A stretch of DNA of 60,949 bases from a virus. Lineage: Duplodnaviria > Caudoviricetes. The notes under the pieces are model-generated. The model saw only the letters and a list, made by a program, of their open reading frames with translations. It was not told the origin of the DNA and made no database searches. This document shows, one piece after another, positions 19,920 to 29,549 of the stretch. Made by a program: the position numbers and the translations under genes. The stretch is from positions 1-60,949 of IMG/VR virus record IMGVR_UViG_3300042814_000075. The stretch is one strand, 5' to 3'. The first letter of the stretch is position 1, and each line of letters opens with the position of its first letter.

Positions 19920-20068
19920 GCACATTATCCGCACCCCGGCCACGGGCAACCGCTGCCGATCCGCCGGCTACGGAGTGGACCATCACGCCGTAACTCACCT
20001 AACGCAAGTCAGGAGATGAGCCAGTCGGATCTATGCAGCGGCGCCCGCTCCGGGAAAGGATCCGCGCG
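19920..20068 (-). ncRNA. Candidate ~150-nt rod-shaped RNA with terminal three-way junction
   Basis: Nested stems AUCC/GGAU, CCCGG/CCGGG, GCGGGC/GCCCGU, GCCGCUGC/GCAGCGGU, GAUCCG/CGGAUC, CUGGC/GCCGG and two terminal hairpins; wobble pairs are G-U only on the minus strand. Confidence 0.45.
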
Positions 20069-20211
20069 CAGGGGCCACCCGCACGCGGGGACAAGCCCGT
20101 TAGAGATGGAGACCTCCGGGCCTGCTGCCGTACGAGCGCCGCCGGGCTTCGACGAGCAATCCCCTAAAGCCCGGATCACCCGGCGGCGCTCGCAATCGGA
20201 TCAGTACCGCA

Positions 20212-20280
20212 CTAGAAGCAATTGAAGATGAACCAGAAGACCTCGTGGATGCAGTCACAGAGTAGAAGGGAGAGCACCAT
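20212..20280 (-). CDS. 22-aa hydrophobic Cys-containing peptide (MVLSLLLCDCIHEVFWFIFNCF)
   Basis: AGGAGG SD overlapping the upstream stop; below the ORF-track cutoff. Confidence 0.5.
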   Translation of the reverse strand: MVLSLLLCDCIHEVFWFIFNCF

Positions 20281-20291
20281 GGAGAGACCTC

Positions 20292-20570
20292 CTAGTCGCC
20301 GTAGGTCGGCTTGAACGCGACGAGCGAGGCGAAGCTAGCCTTGATCTTGGCTATCGCATCCTCAAGGTCCGCTTCCCGCCGTTGCCGCCAGCTACCACCG
20401 GGAGAACTACCACCACCGCCACCACACCAGGACGCGGGCTCACGAGCCCCACGGCGCTCGCTGCAATCGTCCCAATCGCCCGCCTGTACGTTGATGCATG
20501 CCGCGCGAGCGATCTCGGGTGCGACACCGAGAGCGACCAGCGCGAGTGCTACGATCAGATATCGTCTCAT
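20292..20570 (-). CDS. Secreted hypothetical protein
   Basis: MRRYLIVALALVALGVAPEIARA signal peptide; GGAGG RBS. Confidence 0.6.
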   Translation of the reverse strand: MRRYLIVALALVALGVAPEIARAACINVQAGDWDDCSERRGAREPASWCGGGGGSSPGGSWRQRREADLEDAIAKIKASFASLVAFKPTYGD

Positions 20571-21100
20571 CGTTTCCTCCTGCATGGTATGCAACGCTCG
20601 ACTCCATTCACATCGACGATGCGAACAGAGCCCGGAACTTCCTCCCTACCCCGCACAGTGACGACCGAGATATAGGATCGCATCCCTGGATCCCAATACT
20701 TCTCGGGCATGGAGCGAAACCAGAGCGTGTCTATGCTCGCGGCTCGGGTCCATATCACCTTCGCCGCGCGTTCCTCGCGTGGCACGTCAAGAACGATGAG
20801 GCGATGGCCGAGCGTGATCTCGCTATAGCCCGCTTCGAGCGCACGTGCGGCGAGCCAATCCTGCGACCGTTGCCAGGGGAGCGGTGCCCCGGTTTTCGCA
20901 TCGAACATGACATCGGCGCAATACCATCCGATCGGCGGGCTCGCATGGGCGACGATTGCAAGCACGAGCGCGCCAGCGAGGAGAACGGCGGCGATGATGA
21001 GATTTCGTAGCTTCACGCGCACGGTCATCTTGTACTCGCCAGTGCTCGGAAGGCGCTGGCCGCAGGCGGGGCAGGCACAGTCGCGGACGTCGAGTCTCAT
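20567..21100 (-). CDS. Secreted or membrane hypothetical protein
   Basis: RNLIIAAVLLAGALVLAIVAHA signal-like segment; start uncertain (21100 or 21028). Confidence 0.55.
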   Translation of the reverse strand: MRLDVRDCACPACGQRLPSTGEYKMTVRVKLRNLIIAAVLLAGALVLAIVAHASPPIGWYCADVMFDAKTGAPLPWQRSQDWLAARALEAGYSEITLGHRLIVLDVPREERAAKVIWTRAASIDTLWFRSMPEKYWDPGMRSYISVVTVRGREEVPGSVRIVDVNGVERCIPCRRKR

Positions 21101-21918
21101 GCGGCATTCTCCTTCGGCTGGTAGATCGCGGCGTGCCGGCAATCCTCCCCGCTCTCACATGATGGCCCGCCCCCATAGGCGTTGTCGTGTCCGCCATCGT
21201 TGGCAATCTTGATCTGGCCGCACCCGCAGTCGGGGCAGCAGCGGGCGAGCATGCTTCGCCACCCGGTGAAATGCTCGATCCAGCGATGTCCGCGCCGACG
21301 GCAGTAGTAGCCGGCGAGCCAGGCGATCAGGCGGGCGCGGGTCACGGCCGCAACCCCGGCGGAATCAGGTGCGCGGACTCATCCTCGACTGCCGCGCGCA
21401 GAACGGCGATCAGCTCGGCGGCGTGCCCAAGTAGATACTCGCACGCGACCAGCTCGGCCCGCGTTCCGAACGTGCCTTCTACGCCGAATCCCCACGCTTC
21501 TCCCGGCTGGACGGGTGGCACGGCCTCGATCTTGAACTCGAGCCCCGAGTCCATCCGGATCACGGCCTGGATCGTCGGCGGCTCGCCCGGAGTCCCCTGC
21601 CAGTGTAGCTCGGTGATGATGTAGGGCACGGTGCTCATGGCTTCCCCCAGCCGGAGGCCGGCGAACAGAAGGGACACGTGCCAGCCTTGAGATTGGCGCC
21701 GCACCCGTCGCACGCGAGCCCGCGCTTGACGAGATCCTCGAGCGAGATCCCGGCGGCGGCGAACACGGCCGCGCGCTTGGCCTTCTCACGGGCGCGGGTG
21801 TAGGCGCTGGCGGTCACAGCGTCATCGGTCCGGCGCGCCATCGCCCGGAGATCGGCGAGCGGGAGCGTGATGGTCGGGATGGCGGACACGGGCTCGGCTT
21901 GGCCGGGGATGCGGGGGC

Positions 21919-22518
21919 TCATTGAGCCACCCGCGCCCGCGAGCCCGCAAGCTGGTGAAGGAGTCGGTCCGTGTACTCTTCGGCGTTCGACATCCGGAGG
22001 ATCTGGCCGGCGAGCTCTTCATCATGCTCGCGGCCGATTGCGAGCGGGAGCTTGACGTCGCCGCGCACATAGCCGTTGCGAGTGAGCGTCTCGACCTCGA
22101 CCTCGGCCGCCTGCGCCAGCTCGCCGAGCAACTCGGCCTCGAAGTCCGGGGAAAGCTCGCGATCGCAGGACACGCTGCCGGAGTAGCGGACAGCCTTCGC
22201 ACCCTGTGGCATCGGCTCGTCGCTCACATGGTTATCGTAGCCGCCGACCTCGCGGGCGAAAATGCTCTCGCCTTCCGGGGTCAGGTAGTGCTCGGCTGCG
22301 TAGGCGTGATCGGTCATCCCGTCGAACCGGCGGCCGTCGAAGCTGTTGGCGATCGCCGTCACGGCGCGATAAGTGGGGCCATCGGTCCAGCGGACGTACA
22401 CCGTCGAGCCGCCCGCGTACCGCTGGAGTCGGACGCGAAAGGTGGTCCCGGGGAAGGCCTTCTTGAGGGCCGCACGAATCAGGGCCGCCTGGTCCTTGGT
22501 GTCGATCCATTCGCTCAT
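21919..22518 (-). CDS. LPD29-like (large polyvalent protein-associated) domain protein
   Basis: IRAALKKAFPGTTFRVR...YAGGSTVYVRWTDGPT...FDGMTD motif. Confidence 0.75.
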   Translation of the reverse strand: MSEWIDTKDQAALIRAALKKAFPGTTFRVRLQRYAGGSTVYVRWTDGPTYRAVTAIANSFDGRRFDGMTDHAYAAEHYLTPEGESIFAREVGGYDNHVSDEPMPQGAKAVRYSGSVSCDRELSPDFEAELLGELAQAAEVEVETLTRNGYVRGDVKLPLAIGREHDEELAGQILRMSNAEEYTDRLLHQLAGSRARVAQ

Positions 22519-22569
22519 CGGTCTCTCCGGTCTCGGCGCGACCCCATGCCGCGCACAGCCCTACACCAT

Positions 22570-22585
22570 TGCGAGGGCCGTGCCA
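22570..22585 (-). promoter_or_regulatory. Sigma54 (RpoN)-type -24/-12 promoter heading the leftward operon
   Basis: Minus strand TGGCACGGCCCTCGCA(AT): GG-N10-GC; near-identical to the 17962 site. Confidence 0.7.
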
Positions 22586-22794
22586 GGCAGGCGTCTATCC
22601 CGATCCTGTTGTGCCGCAACGGATTGAGTCATTCCGCCCGCCTGGCCACGAGAACCGACCATGCACTCCGCCCTTGCACCCGCTGCACCCTGCCACGATT
22701 CAGAGCCTAGCAGGGTCCGGCTGGAAACGCAACGGAAAACGCTCGGCCTATGTCTTATAATTGCATGGCCTTGTGCGATCGCTCCCGGAAACGC

Positions 22795-22823
22795 TTGTCA
22801 ATCGTGGCCGGTTCTAGTAGGCT
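22795..22823 (+). promoter_or_regulatory. Sigma70-type promoter for the rightward replication operon
   Basis: TTGTCA-17 nt-TAGGCT in the divergent intergenic region. Confidence 0.5.
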
Positions 22824-22973
22824 CTTCTCGGTCGGGGCAGGAAAGGGGCCGGCGGTCGATTCATCGCGGGGGAGCCGCTGGCCGGGGACCTCCCCGACCA
22901 CCTAGCCCGTCTCCATGCTCCCATGGCCCCATGGCCCCATGGTCCCATCCCCCTGCTTCGAGGAGTGACACCG

Positions 22974-24278
22974 ATGGCCGCACCTACGAATCCGACACCC
23001 CAGCCCGAAGAGCCCTACGACCCCACCACGGGCGAAGTCGTGGAGTACTCGGAGGCGGTAGCCCGCTCGCTCCCGGTACAGCTTGGCCTTGTCCGGGCGG
23101 GCTCTCCGGCCCAGCTCGTGAAGCAGGCGGCCGAAGTGGCGAGTGCCCTGGCCGGGATCATCCAGACCCGGGAGCTCTACAAGCAGATCGGCAACCGGAA
23201 GCACGTCATGGTCGAGGGGTGGACCACGTGCGCGGCGATGATGGGGTGCATGGCGCGCGAGCTCTCGAACGAGGAGAAGGGCGGGATCTATACCGCCGTG
23301 GTCGAGCTCGTGCGGATGAGTGATGGCATGGTGCTCACGCGGGCATCGGCCGAGTGCGGGGAAGAGGAGCCGTGGAACGATCGGCCCTTCTATCAGCGCC
23401 GCTCGATGGCGACCACCCGGGCGACGGGGAAGGCCTGTCGGCTCGCGTTCTCGTGGGTCATGGTGCTCGCTGGCTACGAGGCGACCCCGAGCGAGGAGAT
23501 GGATGGGGTCGGCGCCGAGTACCACGGCACTGAAGAGAGCGGCAGCGGGCGGTCCCGGTCGCGGCAATCCAAAGCCGATGCCTTCCTTGCCGACAAGCCC
23601 GAGCTCGCCGCGGCATTCAAGGTCGAGCACCCGACGATCCAGGACATTGCCGGGAAGCTCGAGCGGTACGGTTCGATCTCCAAGAAGCAGATCAATTTCG
23701 TGATGAGCCTCGCCCGCGAGCATGGCCAGAACCAGCGCGCCGCCGAGCTCGAGGAGGGCGGTGCCACCTACGAGGACGAGCCCTACGCGACGGGATTCGG
23801 AGAGGCAGCCCAAGCGCAGGCCGCGGGCTTCTCTCCGCCGGAACAGCCCTTCACCGTGACGCCATTCGAATCCGTGCAGTTCCATGACCTAACCCACAAG
23901 GTGGGCGGGCAGATTTACCGGGAGGGTGACAAGCGCACGGGGCCGAAGCACGTGAAGCTACCGCAGGAGTTAGTAGACGAGCTCGGGCCCGGGTACGGGA
24001 CGGACTTCGCGATCCAGTCATTGACGCGGGAGAAGTGGGATTACTTGGTCCAGGTGCTGATGGAGTATGCGCGGGTTGCGAGTCCTGTAGGTGGGACGGG
24101 GGCCGCTGGCGGAACGGACGCCGCTGGCTCGGGTGCGGGGAGCACGGTAGCGAAGGGGGAGTCCAGGATTCCCCCCGCGATGGGCTCGACACCTAGAGCC
24201 AAGGCGGCCCCCCAGCCTTCCACGCATCCGAAGCCCGTAACCCCGATCCCACCGATCAATGAGGACGTACCCTTCTAA
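22974..24278 (+). CDS. Putative single-strand annealing recombinase (RecT/Redbeta/Rad52-like superfamily) with acidic EDVPF tail
   Basis: VEGW...SMATTRATGKACR...TPSEEM motif; SSB-like C-terminus; GAGGAG RBS. Confidence 0.6.
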   Translation: MAAPTNPTPQPEEPYDPTTGEVVEYSEAVARSLPVQLGLVRAGSPAQLVKQAAEVASALAGIIQTRELYKQIGNRKHVMVEGWTTCAAMMGCMARELSNEEKGGIYTAVVELVRMSDGMVLTRASAECGEEEPWNDRPFYQRRSMATTRATGKACRLAFSWVMVLAGYEATPSEEMDGVGAEYHGTEESGSGRSRSRQSKADAFLADKPELAAAFKVEHPTIQDIAGKLERYGSISKKQINFVMSLAREHGQNQRAAELEEGGATYEDEPYATGFGEAAQAQAAGFSPPEQPFTVTPFESVQFHDLTHKVGGQIYREGDKRTGPKHVKLPQELVDELGPGYGTDFAIQSLTREKWDYLVQVLMEYARVASPVGGTGAAGGTDAAGSGAGSTVAKGESRIPPAMGSTPRAKAAPQPSTHPKPVTPIPPINEDVPF

Positions 24279-24628
24279 TGGACACCTTAGCTGCTTACGC
24301 ACGCGGACTCGCTGCACGTGGGAATCCTATTCGGGTGTTTGACTGGGACAAGGCCGCGCGACTGATCGCGGAGCAGAAGCCCAAGCGCGCCAGTGCTGGG
24401 TTGCGTGACGATTGGGGTGCGACCGCCGACACCATCTACCGCGACGGCGAGCCCGTAATGGATGCGAGCCCCTACTTGGCTAGCAACTGGGCGATCCCGG
24501 AGTTGGCGATGGACGGTTGCTATCAGGAATGCTGGCGCTGGCAGACGGACACGCCCGGTTGGGATTCGGGCACCTTGTGGCCGGAGTCCGCGCTAGCCAT
24601 CTTGCACGCGACTCCGCCGGAACCATGA
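24278..24628 (+). CDS. Hypothetical protein
   Basis: Coupled ORF with VFDWDKAA...AGL..DW...YLASNWAIP motif. Confidence 0.55.
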   Translation: MDTLAAYARGLAARGNPIRVFDWDKAARLIAEQKPKRASAGLRDDWGATADTIYRDGEPVMDASPYLASNWAIPELAMDGCYQECWRWQTDTPGWDSGTLWPESALAILHATPPEP

Positions 24629-25482
24629 GTCGCTTCCCCGAGGACGACATCTGCTCCGCGTGCGGTGAGAAGCGACGCGACCATCTATCCTTTCGTCCCG
24701 AAGGTGAAGCCGTGTCGCGCGTCCCATGCTTGGGAATGCGCTCGGGATTCCTTCCCGGCGACATCGAAACACTGATCGGCACGATCGCGCGCGAAGCCGC
24801 GGCCCCGTTCCTTGACTTCCATTGCCCAGCCTGCGGCAAGGCGAAGATCGTGCGCGTCATAGCACCGCGCAGTTATCTCTGCATGTGCGATGAGTGCGGG
24901 GCCCAATGGTCGTCCATGCAGGCGGTACTCGACCATGCGTTCAGGTGCGGGGTCGCGTTTAGCAACGGATCCGCTCAAGTTGTGGCGGCCATCATCGCCG
25001 CGGCACCGAGCATTGCGCGCGCGATCCTGGACGCGCCGATAGACGACGGACGGCGCAGGGACGCGCCGACGACTGAGGTTCCCGACTCCAGGAGGAGTGA
25101 CCCTGATGCGAGAGACAGCGCGAACCCAGCGCCGCGCGACCAAGATCAATGAGCGGGTCGTGCGCCTGGTGCGCGATGAGCCGGACTCGACATACCGGCT
25201 TCTCGTGCTGACCCTGATCGAGAACCGCCAGCACTTGTTCCCGACGATCCGGCCATCGCTCGTCGCGGTCGAGCCGGAGGAGATCACCCGTACCGAGGAG
25301 CCCGTGGCATGAGCTGGATGGACCGCGAACTATTCGAGAAGATGATCGAGGAATTCGAGACCGACGATGCACTCGTCCGCGGTGACCCCGCTAAGCTGGT
25401 CGCGCTGTTGAAGCACCTGCATAAGCGCATAGATCAAGTCGAAACCAAGGTTGCCTTTGGCGGCCTGTAAGGAGCCCGTGGC

Positions 25483-25740
25483 ATGAGCCTAGCTGACGAG
25501 CTGATGGCGATCGATGTGGCGGTGGCCGCAACCGATGCGGTTTGGCGCAAGCGCGCCCGCGAGCTGATCGTGCGAGCGGTGAATGATGGGCGCACGGGGA
25601 AAGTTATCGTCGAGGGCGGTCTTTGGCGGGCTACATGCAAAGACATCACGTGGTATGAAACGCCGGAAGCCATCGCCGACCGATTGCTAGCGTCGGTGGA
25701 TAAGCCGGGGGAAAGCGGTGGAGCGAATCAGCTACCCTGA
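25483..25740 (+). CDS. Hypothetical protein (paralog of 15311..15589)
   Basis: W..R.R.LIVRAV...TPEAIAD.LL shared. Confidence 0.55.
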   Translation: MSLADELMAIDVAVAATDAVWRKRARELIVRAVNDGRTGKVIVEGGLWRATCKDITWYETPEAIADRLLASVDKPGESGGANQLP

Positions 25741-25845
25741 TGGCGGTTACGGTGGCATAGTGCGGCCATGTAGCAGCGAGGGCGGGACTCCCTGCGAGGA
25801 TCCCGCCCCCCGTGGCTCACCCTTCAGCAAAAGGAGTGGCCGCTC

Positions 25846-26841
25846 ATGGACGAGCCTACCACGCTCCCTCGCAAACGCAACCGCATTGGCCGTAGCCGCC
25901 CGAAGATCGTCTTTCCCTGGTACAGATGGCACGCCCTCGACTTCCGGCAATCGCCGGCCGTGCGCCTAATGACTTTCGATCAACGTGCCTGCTATCGGGA
26001 ACTCCTCGATGAGAGCTGGCTTGAGGGGTCCATTCCGGACGACCCAACCATCCTTGCCCGACTGATTGGATTCGATCAGGAACGGTTCGCCGCGGAGGTC
26101 TGGCCGGTGGTCCGGCAATCGTTCACAGAGCGTGGCGCGGGGCGACTCGTTAACGCGCGGATCGAGCGCGAGCGCGCGCACGCTCGGCGCAGGAGTGACG
26201 CCGCGCGCGGCAATGCAAACGAGCGATGGTCGCAAACCGTTGATAAACCTAGCGGTTCTGGTTATGCGTCCGCATTGCCACCGCATAGCGACCGCAATGC
26301 GACCGCAATGCGACGCGATGCTATTAAGAGTCAGAGTCAGATAGAGAGTCAGATAGAGAGAGAGATACAGACTAGCCTTGCGACCGAAGGGAGCAAGAAT
26401 CCGGAGCCGCCGCCCGTGCCCGCCCCCATCCCGCCTCAACCGGTCGCTGGCTTTTCCCCTATGAGTCTGGCGCTGCAAGCCGCCCTCCCTGGGGCTCCCG
26501 TCCCTTCGGTCCGGCCAGAGAATTTCTCTCGCCCCCTGAGCCGGGAGGATCGGGAAGCGGCTTTGAATGCCAGCCCTGTTATCAGCTGGCTCAAGGCTGC
26601 CGGCTTCGCCGAGGCGGGGAAGTGGTGGGGCTACTCGCTGAAGCTGGGCCGTAATCATACGGCTATCTATCACGCTCTCTGTCAGCTCAAGCGATCGTCC
26701 ACGGCTGGCATGGTTGATGAGCCATGGGGCTACCTCGAAACCACCTACGACGAGAAGGAAGCCAATCTCTACTCGGCGAAGGCCGAAGCTGAATCCGAGG
26801 CCCGCCGCTCGCCAGAACGCAGGGAGGAACGCCGTGGCTAA
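25846..26841 (+). CDS. Replication initiator, DUF1376/YdaU-like N-terminal domain
   Basis: PWYRWHALDF...MTFDQRACYRELLDESW..GSIPDD..LARLIG...LVNARIERE; internal iterons. Confidence 0.78.
   Translation: MDEPTTLPRKRNRIGRSRPKIVFPWYRWHALDFRQSPAVRLMTFDQRACYRELLDESWLEGSIPDDPTILARLIGFDQERFAAEVWPVVRQSFTERGAGRLVNARIERERAHARRRSDAARGNANERWSQTVDKPSGSGYASALPPHSDRNATAMRRDAIKSQSQIESQIEREIQTSLATEGSKNPEPPPVPAPIPPQPVAGFSPMSLALQAALPGAPVPSVRPENFSRPLSREDREAALNASPVISWLKAAGFAEAGKWWGYSLKLGRNHTAIYHALCQLKRSSTAGMVDEPWGYLETTYDEKEANLYSAKAEAESEARRSPERREERRG
26264..26372. repeat. Putative origin: five tandem degenerate 11-bp iterons followed by an AG-rich tract
   Basis: atgcgtccgca/ttgccaccgca/tagcgaccgca/atgcgaccgca/atgcgacgcga (26264-26318), then agagtcagagtcagatagagagtcagatagagagagagatacag. 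Confidence 0.6.
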
Positions 26842-27559
26842 GTGCACCGTTCAGCTGTCCCGGCCGATCACCCTCGGCAACCGGAAGATCCGCCATATCA
26901 TGCCGACCGTCCACGTCCAACGCTTGACCCGGGAAGACGTTGCCGAGGAAATGCGAGAGCAGGACTTCCTCGCCAACTCGTTCGGGCGGGGATGGAAAGA
27001 CGATCCCGGCTTCGGGGCCTTCCGGGTCGATTTCGGTCGCCGGGTTCTCAGCGACTTCACGGCCGATCAGGCTGCCGATTACTTGGAAGCCAACGCCAAT
27101 GCCTGGCCTGAGCACGACTTCGCGAGCGAGATCCGGTACTACCGCGCCAAGGCCCGTGGCGATCGAATCTGCCCGGACTGCGGCGAGCTCCTGCCGGAGA
27201 TCCCTCCGTGCGACTGCGGGTGCCAGTCGCAACCCAAGCCGGTCGCCGGCTGGGGACTCATGGCCGCCACCGTGAAGCCACCGCCTGCGAACGGATCCCT
27301 AGCGCCATTGAGCGCAGAGGCCCTCCCGCCAGGCCAAGTACGGGAGCCGCAGGAAAGTCTCGTCCTGGGGCCTCCCTCGCATTCTGGCCACCCGGCCCGC
27401 CACCAGATCGCCGGGGTGGACCTAGCTGCCCCTGGGATGGAGAGCGACTCCGTCCGGCAGACCGTCGAATTATCCGCGACACCGGGGCCGAGTGCGGATA
27501 TTGTCCCCGGTGGAACAGCCACCCGAGAGGAGCCCGACGACGATGCCAACCCCTTCTGA
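26834..27559 (+). CDS. Hypothetical protein with Zn ribbon and acidic DDDANPF tail
   Basis: GGAGG RBS, GTG 26834; CPDC...CDC. Confidence 0.55.
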   Translation: MAKCTVQLSRPITLGNRKIRHIMPTVHVQRLTREDVAEEMREQDFLANSFGRGWKDDPGFGAFRVDFGRRVLSDFTADQAADYLEANANAWPEHDFASEIRYYRAKARGDRICPDCGELLPEIPPCDCGCQSQPKPVAGWGLMAATVKPPPANGSLAPLSAEALPPGQVREPQESLVLGPPSHSGHPARHQIAGVDLAAPGMESDSVRQTVELSATPGPSADIVPGGTATREEPDDDANPF

Positions 27560-28400
27560 CCGTCGCAAGGCCTACACCTGCGGTTTCCACCCGGAGCGGG
27601 GGGAGCAAGCCGACTTCTGCCCGGCCTGCATCCAGGAGCACGAGACTCGCCTCTCGGCCGAGAGCATGACCGGGGACGAGCGGGCAGCCGAGCTATCCGC
27701 GCTCATGGATCGCCCCCTCTCGCGCCCATTCGATCTGATCCACAAGCGGATCGAGGAGCTTGTGGGGCGGCCTGTCTGGACCCACGAACTGGGGCTCAAC
27801 CGGGATGGGCTAATCGAGGAAGCCCGGAACCGACCGCGGGATAGTCCGCTCACGCCAGCCGAGTTTCAGACCAAGGTGATGGCGCCGCTCGAGGCGACGG
27901 GCAAGCCAATCATCGGCGTGGTGGTGGACGATCCGGGGGACCAGCTGTGAGCGACCGGCTTCTTGCCGTGACCCCAGCGTGCCTCAAGTGGCTCGATGCC
28001 AAGATGGCCGCCGGGCTGGCCGCCTATGCCACCACATGGGCGTGGGCGCGGGTGGACGCGTTAGCCGATGCTCAGGGCATGGTCGAGCAGGCGCACGCCG
28101 AGGCCAAGCACGCCGGCTTCTTGAACCCGCGACTCGAGGACGCGCTCCGGACCGTCCGCCACGAACTCGACATGGCCATCCTGCAAACGGAGGAGGATGC
28201 GCGATGAAGGCCGCGACCCCAGAATCTGCGCCCGTGCTGGCGCTTGAGCCGCTCTGCCACCGGGCGGGCACCCGGATCGTCTACGACACGGCCCGGCCCG
28301 GGGGGCTTGCCTGCGAGTGCGCGACCTGCCGGCGGATCCTCTTCCGCATCCCGATCGCCCAGGTATCCCCCGGTGGGTTGGGCCATCTCGTGAGCAAGCG

Positions 28401-28970
28401 GTGAGCCGTGCGCTCCTGGGGCTCGACCCCGGCATGGACGGGGCGGCCGTGCTCCTCCGCCCGGGCGATGCCCAGCGCCTAGCGCGCCCCGCCGGCACGC
28501 CGGGCATGGTGATCTATCCCGAGCCCGTGCTGTTCCGCGACTACACGATCCCCGCGCCGAGCCGTGGCAAGCAATGGGATCATGGCCGCCTCTACACCGC
28601 GTTTTTCGCAATCACTGCCAAGCTGCCCATAGACGAGCCGATTACCGTGGTTCTCGAATCGCCGCGCGCGCAACCGGGGGCCGCGTCCTCCTCGCTCTCG
28701 ATCGGCGTCAGCTACGGAATCTTGCTCGGCATGATCGCCGCTCTCGGCTGGGAACTCGTCCGCGTGCAGCCGTCCGTCTGGCATCGGGCGCTCTTCGGCA
28801 AGAACGCGGCTGGCGATCCCAAGGCGCGGGCAGCAGCCTACGTGCGCGACCGCCTGCCGCAACTCGACACGACGTGTCTCGGGCGATTCACGAAGCCGCA
28901 CGGGGGCGTGATCGACGCGGCGTGTCTGGCACTTTATGGCCGCGAGAAAGTGGGTGAGCATGCGAGTTGA
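28401..28970 (+). CDS. RuvC-like Holliday junction resolvase
   Basis: LLGLDPGMDGA, VVLESP, IGVSYG, VQPSVW, IDAACLALYG. Confidence 0.85.
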   Translation: MSRALLGLDPGMDGAAVLLRPGDAQRLARPAGTPGMVIYPEPVLFRDYTIPAPSRGKQWDHGRLYTAFFAITAKLPIDEPITVVLESPRAQPGAASSSLSIGVSYGILLGMIAALGWELVRVQPSVWHRALFGKNAAGDPKARAAAYVRDRLPQLDTTCLGRFTKPHGGVIDAACLALYGREKVGEHAS

Positions 28971-29549
28971 CGTCGAGCGCGACTACCTACACCACCGCTA
29001 CCAGATCATGGTCGCGATACCCGATGACGAGCTCGTAGCGATGGACCCGACGGCCTACGATCTCGTGCGCCGTTCGATCCTCGCGACCGAGCGTCTGGCC
29101 GTCCGCGATATGGTGGCCATCCTCCAGATCGCAGCCGAGTGGCTCCAGCGCCACCCCGAAGCGCAGCACGCCGCGGAGACCGTGGTCGGCGAGCCGATCA
29201 GTGAGCCACCGCTCGCGGGGACGGCGGAGACGATCGACGAGCTGACCGCGCAGCTTGCCGGTACCGTCTCCTGCGGCTACTGCGGGAAGCAAGCAGCGAG
29301 CGTCGAGCACTTGCACGGCTGCGCGATCGCGCTCGGCATTGACATAGCGCTAGGCTCGCACCGTGCTACTGAGCCGACGAACGCGGAGGCTGATGAGATC
29401 GTGAACTCCGGCCCAGCGTCGATACCTGGCATGCGCTTCCTCTACCCGGAGGAAGAAGACACCTTCACCGAACCGCGGAGCATGGACCCGAAAGAGAGCC
29501 GCGCCCGCGTCCGCTGGCTTGACAGACTGCTCAAACGGCGCGCGCGCCC

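Noticed and set aside
19505-19993. Track ORFs 19505..19753, 19599..19901 and 19664..19993
   Set aside because: They overlap the covarying RNA array and lack protein-like features; likely spurious.
22913-22952. CCCATGG(C/T) 8-bp tandem repeats in the 5' leader of the SSAP gene
   Set aside because: Short and degenerate; no function can be supported (possible operator, untestable here).
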